A stretch of 61,943 bases of DNA, counting the filler, from an uncultured bacterium (GTDB lineage: Bacteria > Hinthialibacterota > Hinthialibacteria > Hinthialibacterales > Hinthialibacteraceae), in the NCBI GenBank assembly GCA_964449065.1. It is 9 parts of 9 records of this genome, joined end to end, with 100 filler letters (N's around TTAATTAATTAA, not from the genome) between each part and the next. Parts side by side here need not be neighbours in the genome. Positions count along the whole stretch, not along the records: positions 1 to 6,853 come from CAYVAZ010000284.1; positions 6,954 to 13,805 come from CAYVAZ010000285.1; 7 more parts are not named here. The stretch is one strand, 5' to 3'. Each line of letters starts with the position of its first letter. Position 1 is the stretch's first letter. The position numbers and the translations under genes were made by a program. The notes beneath the pieces were generated by a model. The model saw only the letters and a list, made by a program, of their open reading frames with translations. It did not search any database and was not told where the DNA came from. Shown in pieces: positions 1 to 7,122 of this stretch.

Positions 1-217
1 GCCCTCGCCCACCGGGAGAGGGACGGGGTGAGGGTTCGGGAGGAATAAATCTCTATTTATGCTACTGCGTCATAGGGAGCAATCGCTCTCATCGCCCTCA
101 TCTCTTATCTTCTCCCAAAGGGAGAAGACGATAGACACTGCGTATGACTAAGAATAGTTGGCTCACAACAAAAACCATTTTTCAAGCAATAGACAATCAT
201 TGATTGCGTAACATCAG
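1..217 (+). mobile_element. MITE family A, partial copy (left part cut by contig start)
   Basis: 1-134 is near-identical to 35935-36068; ends in the terminal motif TGCGTAACATCAG (205-217) followed by CTAG. Confidence 0.8.
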
Positions 218-229
218 CTAGTAAAATAA

Positions 230-835
230 TCAAAACGCTATATTGGCTGTAATCCAGTCGGGAGCGGGGCCGGCGGTGGTGAAGATGGCGCCCAAACTGC
301 GCAGGCCGTTGCTGGAATCGAAGGGGGCGAAGTGGCTGGGTCTGCCGGGATAATTGGGGCTACCGGGAATGCCGTCGATTTGCGAGGGGCCGACTCCTTC
401 CAAGAGATACATATCCGCGTTGAGGTCATTTTGCGCGGGGACAAGACTGCCCTTGCCATGCTTGCGCGGCGTGTATTCAAACTTTTGGTCGTAGGTGTTG
501 TCCGAGTTTCCGAAGCCGACGGTTTCATCGCGGAACGGATTGGTGACGGCATCGAGTGAAGACAGGTAGGCGACAGGTGTGGTTAAACCGACGTAAGGAT
601 AGTAATCGTTGAAGGTGCCTCCGTACGCATACATGGGGATAAAGGTGTTGTTGTCGATGCGGTACATCTCCAGTGAAGTGGCAACGGCTTTTTGGTTGGA
701 AACCGCTTTGGCAACCTTTGCACGGACTTGCGCGTTGAGAAAATTGGGGACGGCAATCGCCGCCAAAATGCCGATGATGGCCACAACGATCAATAATTCG
801 ATTAATGTGAATCCTTTTTTGTAAGCAAAAATCAT
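230..835 (-). CDS. Prepilin-type N-terminal cleavage/methylation protein (type II secretion pseudopilin / pilin-like)
   Basis: KKG-FTLIELLIVVAIIGILAAIAVP class III signal; upstream AAGGAG RBS. Confidence 0.9.
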   Translation of the reverse strand: MIFAYKKGFTLIELLIVVAIIGILAAIAVPNFLNAQVRAKVAKAVSNQKAVATSLEMYRIDNNTFIPMYAYGGTFNDYYPYVGLTTPVAYLSSLDAVTNPFRDETVGFGNSDNTYDQKFEYTPRKHGKGSLVPAQNDLNADMYLLEGVGPSQIDGIPGSPNYPGRPSHFAPFDSSNGLRSLGAIFTTAGPAPDWITANIAF

Positions 836-939
836 ATTGGCTTCTCCTTTATTAAAGAACAGCAGGATAGCCCGGATGTGTTAAGATTGTGTTGTGCGGT
901 TGATACTCACTACCTAAACCCGTCTATTAGAAACGTATT

Positions 940-973
940 GTACTTCCGGCTCGGTGGGAGCCTCGCCCTCCCA
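940..973 (+). repeat. REP-like repeat family C (TACTTCCGGCTCGGYGGGAGCCTCGCCCTCCCA)
   Basis: Near-identical copies at 17057-17090 (+) and 45481-45513 (-); GGCTC...GAGCC hairpin. Confidence 0.85.
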
Positions 974-1014
974 GAATGAATCTTGCTATCCCAAACCGAT
1001 TGAGATTGTTTACA

Positions 1015-1800
1015 CTAAATTTGCGAATAGCCCGTTGGTTTTAAGAGGATATCCGTGATGTTGGATACGGTATCTTTGTATTGCGGGTCACCGCTGAGTT
1101 CTTTCCATTCGGGCGAACTGACGAATGCCGCCCAGGCTTTGTTTTTCGCGTCCCAATCTTCAAAGCCCAGCATGTAGGTAAGGTTGGGCAAGCGGTCTCC
1201 GATTAAGGATTCGCCGAAGAAGACCGGGTCCATGCCGTATTGTTTAAAGAGCGCGATTTCGCCGCCTTCGTTGAACATTTCGATTTTCTTTTTGGCCGCG
1301 GTTTGATTGTGGCTTTCGTAGATACGCATTTGAAAGAAGCGCGAATCTTTGTTTTTGATGGCTTCGGGGATTTCGACCGTCGGCATATCTTTAAAACCCA
1401 ACATCAAGTTGCTGTAGACCCGCAGGAAGGATGGATCGTTCATGGGGACGTCTAAAAACGCTTTGCCTGCTTTGCGGTATTCATCGTCATCCAGCAATTG
1501 GCGTTCGCAGGTGATGACGGATTCCATGTTGGGGTGCGGCAATAAGACATAGACGGACGGCTGCGTCTCTCCATGCCATACGGTGAAGGCGCCGATGTGT
1601 TTGATGCCGATGCGGTTCCATGCGGGGATGGCGGCGTTTTTCAAAAAGGTATTCAGCGTGCCGCGTTGTCCCCAGTTGACCAAATCATAGCGGCGCATTT
1701 CCAGCAGTTGTTGTTTGGTGGTTTGTGCTTGCGCAAGCGTACCGGCCATCATAGCGGTGCCTGCAACTCCAGATGCGATAGAAAATTGGCGGCGGTCCAT
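1015..1800 (-). CDS. NIPSNAP-family protein with Tat signal
   Basis: MDRRQF twin-arginine leader; two NIPSNAP-like halves (LEMRRY; FQMRIYES...PNLTYML...W.AF..SPEW). Confidence 0.85.
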   Translation of the reverse strand: MDRRQFSIASGVAGTAMMAGTLAQAQTTKQQLLEMRRYDLVNWGQRGTLNTFLKNAAIPAWNRIGIKHIGAFTVWHGETQPSVYVLLPHPNMESVITCERQLLDDDEYRKAGKAFLDVPMNDPSFLRVYSNLMLGFKDMPTVEIPEAIKNKDSRFFQMRIYESHNQTAAKKKIEMFNEGGEIALFKQYGMDPVFFGESLIGDRLPNLTYMLGFEDWDAKNKAWAAFVSSPEWKELSGDPQYKDTVSNITDILLKPTGYSQI

Positions 1801-1946
1801 AGTGAATATCTCCGTAGGTTAAGATAAAAATGTCATCTTTAAACGATAGCATAATTCTAAGCGTTATATAGATTTGTGAAGCATTTTGGGAGGTGGATCA
1901 AGATGTTGGAAAACCGCTTTGCTTGCTATACCATGATTAACGGTAT

Positions 1947-1981
1947 GGGACGAAGGACGAGTGATGAGTGATGAGTGATGA
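1947..1981 (+). repeat. Short tandem heptamer array
   Basis: GGGACGA-AGGACGA-GTGATGA-GTGATGA-GTGATGA. Confidence 0.75.
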
Positions 1982-2004
1982 GAAAATTAAAGGAAGGTTT
2001 CGTT

Positions 2005-2898
2005 ATGAACCGTGTTGAACTGTTATCGGGTGTGTTTTTGCCGGTTGTGACTCCGTTTCAAGAGGATATGAGTGTGGATGAAGCCGCGTTGGAAGCGAAC
2101 ATGAAGTATTACGCTTCCACCGAGGTGAACGGGTATTTGGCGTTGGGCAGCAATGGCGAGAACCGCTGTTTGCGTGAAGATGAGAAACGGCGGGTGTTGG
2201 AAATCATCATTCAGAATAAAGCCCCCAACCAAATTGTAATGACGGGTTGTATTTATGACAGCACGGTTCAGACGATTGAGTTTATGAAGATCGCGCAGAA
2301 TATTGGGAGTGATTTTGCGACACTGCTATCGCCTTCGTATTTCCGCAAGCAGATGACGCATGAAGTGTTGATGGATTATTTTCGCGAATGCGCGGAGGCG
2401 GTGGAGATTCCTTGCTTGTTGTATAACGCGCCGGGATTTACGGGGGTGACATTATCGAACGAAACGGTGGAGACGCTTGCGACGCATCCTAATATTGTGG
2501 GGATTAAGGATAGCGCCCCGGAAGGGATAGAAGAGTTTTGTAAACTGGCTTCACCAAATTTCGCGGTGCTGGCGGGATCGGCGAACTTCTTTTATCCTTC
2601 GATCAAATTGGGCGTATGCGGCGGGATTGTCAGTCTTGCGAATGTGGTTCCGGATGTTGGGATGACGCTGTACCGCAATGGGCTGTTCGGCCAAGACGCG
2701 TATTGCGAGGAGTATCATGAAAAGATGAAGGCTGCAAATAGACGAATCAGCGGTGTGTACGGTGTGGCTGGAGTGAAAGCGGCGATGGATTTGGTGGGCT
2801 TGCAAGGCGGGTATCCCCGCAGGCCGTTGAAGCGGTTGGAAGGGGAAGACCGGGAAGCGGTGAAAGTTGCACTGCAAGAAGCGGAGTTGCTGAAATGA
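2005..2898 (+). CDS. Dihydrodipicolinate synthase (DapA/HOGA-like) class I aldolase
   Basis: VVTPF, GSNGE, LYNAP and GIKDS (Schiff-base Lys) motifs; ATG 2005 after AAGGAAGG. Confidence 0.9.
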   Translation: MNRVELLSGVFLPVVTPFQEDMSVDEAALEANMKYYASTEVNGYLALGSNGENRCLREDEKRRVLEIIIQNKAPNQIVMTGCIYDSTVQTIEFMKIAQNIGSDFATLLSPSYFRKQMTHEVLMDYFRECAEAVEIPCLLYNAPGFTGVTLSNETVETLATHPNIVGIKDSAPEGIEEFCKLASPNFAVLAGSANFFYPSIKLGVCGGIVSLANVVPDVGMTLYRNGLFGQDAYCEEYHEKMKAANRRISGVYGVAGVKAAMDLVGLQGGYPRRPLKRLEGEDREAVKVALQEAELLK

Positions 2899-4247
2899 GT
2901 ATTGTGTTTGCAGTAGATGCCGGGACAACCGGGTTAAAGTGCGCTGTGGTGCGTGACGGAAAGGATATCCTATCTACTTATTCAACTTCATATCCTCTTA
3001 TTACTTATCCTGACGGCCGGGCTGAAATCCATCCAGAGGATTGGTGGAACGCGTTTTTAGAAGGATGCAAGCATCATCAAGAATATATGAACGAAATTGA
3101 GGTTGTGAGTTTCTCGGTTTCAACGCCGGGTACGATGGCGATGGATGAGGAAGGGAAACCGCTGACGGATGCGGTTCCGTTTATGGATGGCCGCAGCCAT
3201 GAGCAGGCCAGGTCTATTCGGGAAACGGTTGGTGAAGATGTGCTGCTTGAAAAGACGCTGAATCTGCCGGTATCCGGCGGGTGTACGGCCGCGACGCTGT
3301 TGTGGTGGAAGGATCATCAGCCGGAGTTGTTTGACGCGGCCGCGATGTTTGGGCATACCAATACCTTTTTGGTGAAGCGGTTGACGGGGGAATGGGGGAT
3401 GGATCCCTCGACGGCATCGTTGACCGCTTTGTATAACACCGCCGCAAATGATAAGCGTTGGAATGAAGACATTTGCGGTGCGGTTGGGATCCCTATTGGC
3501 AAGCTGCCTCCGGTATATCATAGTTGGGAAGTGGTAGGGACGATCCTCCCGCCATGGAGTGATGAAACGGGATTGCCCAAGGATGTGCCTATTTTAATGG
3601 GCGGGAATGACGCGATGTGTGCCGCGATGACAGGCGGGGTGACGTCTGAAGGGGCGATTATGAACATCAGCGGGACGTGCGATATTATTTGCGTGGGGTT
3701 GAAGAATCCCGTGCCGGGGAGTGCGTATAACATTCGCTGCCATGTGATCCCGGATTTGTGGTCTACGCTTTATGTATTGAATGCCGGCGGTAAGGCGTTG
3801 GAGTGGTTCCATGAGAACTTTTGCCGGGAGTTATCCGCGGATGAGTTCTTTCAAGAGTATGTGCCGTCGGTGCTTGATTCGTATTTTCATGACCCCGATT
3901 CGATGCGTGTTCCGGAATATGAGGTGTATTTGGCGGGAGACCGCTACAGCATTGAGCCGAAGTACGGGGCGTTTTCGAAGTTAAATTTATCGACGACGCG
4001 GGAAGCGATGCTGCTGGCGGTTATCCGGGAAAACAATTTGTATCTCAAACGGCATGTCGATGAGATGCGGGGGAAGACCAATCTCTCGAATCAAGTGCAT
4101 TTGACCGGGGGCGGATTGTCGGAAGAGTTTATTCTCTGCAAAAAAAAGTGGTTGGGCGATTTTGAATATATGTATTGCGAGAATTCATCGATGATAGGGG
4201 CGGCGCAGCTGGGGCATTACGCACTGACGGGGGAGGCTTTGTGGTGA
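2895..4247 (+). CDS. FGGY-family carbohydrate kinase
   Basis: VDAGTTGLK phosphate loop, GGND, ISGT, LTGGG motifs; ATGA overlap with the aldolase gene. Confidence 0.9.
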   Translation: MSIVFAVDAGTTGLKCAVVRDGKDILSTYSTSYPLITYPDGRAEIHPEDWWNAFLEGCKHHQEYMNEIEVVSFSVSTPGTMAMDEEGKPLTDAVPFMDGRSHEQARSIRETVGEDVLLEKTLNLPVSGGCTAATLLWWKDHQPELFDAAAMFGHTNTFLVKRLTGEWGMDPSTASLTALYNTAANDKRWNEDICGAVGIPIGKLPPVYHSWEVVGTILPPWSDETGLPKDVPILMGGNDAMCAAMTGGVTSEGAIMNISGTCDIICVGLKNPVPGSAYNIRCHVIPDLWSTLYVLNAGGKALEWFHENFCRELSADEFFQEYVPSVLDSYFHDPDSMRVPEYEVYLAGDRYSIEPKYGAFSKLNLSTTREAMLLAVIRENNLYLKRHVDEMRGKTNLSNQVHLTGGGLSEEFILCKKKWLGDFEYMYCENSSMIGAAQLGHYALTGEALW

Positions 4248-4264
4248 CGCATATTGATTTGAAC

Positions 4265-4320
4265 CGCAGAGACGCAGAGGGTGCGGAAATTTCGCAGAGT
4301 GGGAGAGTGGGAGAGTGGGA
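4265..4320 (+). repeat. Short tandem repeats (CGCAGAG units, then AGAGTGGG x3)
   Basis: CGCAGAG at 4265, 4273 and 4293; exact octamer triplet 4296-4319. Confidence 0.7.
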
Positions 4321-4405
4321 CACCGCCGGTCTCTTTTTTGAAAAAGCCTCTTCTTTCCGACAGGGTGTTTTCTTGTTATAATGATTGTTGTATTCAATTA
4401 AAATC

Positions 4406-4512
4406 TAGTACTGTGTCAACGATTTGATGACGGGCATCAATCCCCCTAGCCCCCCATAACAAGGGGGGAACAACGGATAGCCGGTTGTCATTTTTTGATT
4501 GACAAACTACTA
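4406..4512 (+). mobile_element. MITE family D, complete 107-bp copy
   Basis: Ends TAGTACTGTGTCAA and TTGACAAACTACTA are inverted repeats; internal CCCCCC-ATAACAA-GGGGGG hairpin; homologue at 20654-20750 on the opposite strand. Confidence 0.8.
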
Positions 4513-4530
4513 AGCAATCAGGTATCCATC

Positions 4531-4728
4531 ATGCAGGGTATACAATTTTTAATCGATGAGCAAGGCAATAAGAATGCCGTTCAAATTGACCTGAATCTCT
4601 ATGGAGAGGTTTGGGAAGATATTTATGATCTGTTACTGATACATGAACGTAAAGAGGAACCGCGAATTTCTCTTGGTCAACTGAAGAAGAAATTGGTGGA
4701 ATCCGGTAAGCTTGCTGGATCAGAATAA
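4531..4728 (+). CDS. Putative type II antitoxin (RelB-like partner)
   Basis: Small acidic protein (IQFLIDEQGNKNAV...EDIYD) whose stop overlaps the RelE start. Confidence 0.7.
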   Translation: MQGIQFLIDEQGNKNAVQIDLNLYGEVWEDIYDLLLIHERKEEPRISLGQLKKKLVESGKLAGSE

Positions 4729-4991
4729 TGGCAGAGTATCAAGTTACCATTGCACGCTCTGCCGAAAAAGAAATCAACAAACTGGAAAACGAATGGCTTG
4801 AACGAATCATGAATAAACTGGAGTTTCTATCTTCCAACCCAAGACCAAAGGGCAGTGTGAAGTTGGAAGGAGGAGGCGGTTACCGGGTTCGTGTAGGAGA
4901 CTACCGGATCATTTATACGATTGATGATAATAAAGAGATTATAGATATTTCCGCGGTACGTCACCGGAAAGAAGTGTACCGAAAGCGTTAA
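4728..4991 (+). CDS. relE: RelE/StbE-family toxin
   Basis: Y.V.I.RSAEKE...NPRP.G..KL...YRVRVGDYRIIY.IDD...VRHRKEVYR. Confidence 0.92.
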   Translation: MAEYQVTIARSAEKEINKLENEWLERIMNKLEFLSSNPRPKGSVKLEGGGGYRVRVGDYRIIYTIDDNKEIIDISAVRHRKEVYRKR

Positions 4992-5175
4992 ATGATACAA
5001 AAGTATATGTTGGATTGACTCACCCGTCCCCATCCCGAACAGGGAAGGCAGTCTTCACAGCACCGTTCATTTAATACAATGACTTAATCTTTAAAAATAT
5101 CTTGATATGAAAATATTTATGATTGAACCGGGATTACGTCTAGATTGAATCAGCACAAAAAAAGGAGTCTATCCA

Positions 5176-6573
5176 ATGAAACGAATATTTTATTTATTTA
5201 CGCTAATGATAGTATGTCTATCAATTGTTTGGATAGAAGGATGTGTAGAAAAGCGTTTGATGCTCAACGTCAACATCATCGTAGACGATCAATATGTTAC
5301 CGAAACGATGTCCAAAGAAGATGTGCTTGAAGCCGTTGCGTCTGATTTTGAATTTGCGCAAGATTACTTTGATTGTAAATTTGATATTTATTTGCGAAAG
5401 ATGGATATTCAATTGCTTACGTTCACTACTGAAATATGGCAATCCAATCCAGAAATATTGCGTCCAGATGGGACTCAAATTGCTATTGTATATGCTAAAA
5501 GAATATCTGATTTTGGCGGTGCAGGAAGAACCTATTTGAATTCAGGGAATATTTTGATGAATATCATTTTGGACCAACCGCAAGATTCATCCCATGATCA
5601 AACCGATTCGCCTGACAAACTATACACTTATAAATGGTTGCTGGTTCACGAACTTGCTCACCTTTTTGGCGCGATTGATTTGAAATGGGAAAACCATTTG
5701 ATGGATGAGAAAAGCCTATTTAGTTTTAATGAGTCCGGTGAATATGATATCATTCCGTTTACATATGATGAAACACTTTTTGTTGATGAAAATACTCATG
5801 AATTGATCAAACTGTTTGAGAAAAAAATTCATCATAAATGGGAAGGTTTCGACTCAAGCCGCTTTTCTGATAATATTGGGAAAAATATTATTAAGCTAAA
5901 ACAATCCTTAATCTCCAAAGCGGCATACCCTGATAGCGAACTCTACCAGATTGGACTTTTTTATTACAACCGAAATCAATTCGATACCGCGTTAGAACAA
6001 TTTAATTTGGCAATGGAACTTTCGCCACAATCCATAGACTTTAATGCTCACAGGGATACTTCATTACACCAAAACAATATTTTATTTTATAAGAGTCGTT
6101 GTTTTGAAAAACTAAATCAGATAGAAAAAGCTGTGTCTGTATTATTGCAAATGGATGATAACGGGCCAAAAGTGTTAGAAAAATATCATTTTTTAGGGAG
6201 CCATTATTTGAGTTCCAAGCAACATGAAAAAGCGATTGAAACCTACCGGAAAATTACTTCAACGATCAATCCTGAGGATGTTAATGGTTGGTACATTTTA
6301 GGGCTTGCATTACTGGAACAAATCCCAATTGAAATTTGGGAAGGCACTGCAATCGAAGAATGCAAGCAGGCGTTTAAACAAACTGTCAAACTGGACCCGA
6401 ATCATTTGCTGGCATACGCCATATTAGGCGCAATCTATCAAGCGCAAAACAAACCTGAACAATCAAAAGCACATCTCAACCGGGTAATGGAACTCGGCTT
6501 AAAAGAGCCTTTGCAAATAAAAAAAGGCGAAAAATACTTCACCATCACACCGCCAAATCACACCGCCAAATAA
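5176..6573 (+). CDS. Secreted zinc-metallopeptidase-like protein with TPR repeats
   Basis: Signal/lipobox-like N-terminus, HELAHLFGA (HExxH), several C-terminal TPR-like units; AT-rich. Confidence 0.75.
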   Translation: MKRIFYLFTLMIVCLSIVWIEGCVEKRLMLNVNIIVDDQYVTETMSKEDVLEAVASDFEFAQDYFDCKFDIYLRKMDIQLLTFTTEIWQSNPEILRPDGTQIAIVYAKRISDFGGAGRTYLNSGNILMNIILDQPQDSSHDQTDSPDKLYTYKWLLVHELAHLFGAIDLKWENHLMDEKSLFSFNESGEYDIIPFTYDETLFVDENTHELIKLFEKKIHHKWEGFDSSRFSDNIGKNIIKLKQSLISKAAYPDSELYQIGLFYYNRNQFDTALEQFNLAMELSPQSIDFNAHRDTSLHQNNILFYKSRCFEKLNQIEKAVSVLLQMDDNGPKVLEKYHFLGSHYLSSKQHEKAIETYRKITSTINPEDVNGWYILGLALLEQIPIEIWEGTAIEECKQAFKQTVKLDPNHLLAYAILGAIYQAQNKPEQSKAHLNRVMELGLKEPLQIKKGEKYFTITPPNHTAK

Positions 6574-6853
6574 ACAATAAAATGTCAATTATTCAATACT
6601 GCGCATACAATTCCAAGTCGTGCGACGGACGGGTGGAAAGGGGAAGGTTTATCTCCCCTTGCAGATTATCTTTGATATAGCGCTTTGCCGATCAATTAAA
6701 GACAGTGATTCGTGATGAGTGACAAGTGTTTAGTGCAGTGATTTCAAAGGCTTAAATGAGTACATATAATCCAGCATTTTGAAGCACCCAAAAATGTAAG
6801 CGCCGTCAGCAAGCATAAGGAATCCGAAAACGTATTCACCCTCCATATACGTA

Positions 6854-6953
6854 NNNNNNNNNNNNNNNNNNNNNNNNNNNNNNNNNNNNNNNNNNNNTTA
6901 ATTAATTAANNNNNNNNNNNNNNNNNNNNNNNNNNNNNNNNNNNNNNNNNNNN
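6854..6953. other. Artificial contig linker
   Basis: 44 N + TTAATTAATTAA + 44 N; identical linkers at 13806, 20751, 27690, 34613, 41509, 48342 and 55147. Confidence 0.99.
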
Positions 6954-7005
6954 GGATTTAAATCTCGCAACAATACCTACCGTATAGAATTTTGCGTAAC
7001 GTCAG
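6954..7005 (+). mobile_element. MITE family A terminus at contig start
   Basis: TGCGTAACGTCAG at 6993-7005. Confidence 0.6.
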
Positions 7006-7047
7006 TGATTAATTTTACCATTTCTATCGGGAAAATATGGATATCTA

Positions 7048-7076
7048 TTGACATTACCGATAGAATTTCGTATCTT
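7048..7076 (+). promoter_or_regulatory. Sigma70-type promoter overlapped by an inverted repeat
   Basis: TTGACA-17 bp-TATCTT; TTCTATCGG (7022-7030) and CCGATAGAA (7057-7065) are inverted. Confidence 0.7.
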
Positions 7077-7122
7077 GGAGTGAAAATATTAGATTTACAT
7101 TAAATTTTTGGGAGGAAAAGTT

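Noticed and set aside
2005..2898. Calling the aldolase dapA
   Set aside because: GSNGE motif and sugar-kinase context argue against lysine biosynthesis; symbol withheld.
4499..4528. TTGACA in the MITE-D right end as an outward -35 for relBE
   Set aside because: No convincing -10 at 16-18 bp (best TATCCA); cannot be supported.
6898..6909. TTAATTAATTAA palindrome recurring every ~6.8 kb
   Set aside because: Artificial all-frame-stop linker inside N runs; ORF tails ending X...LIN are artefacts.
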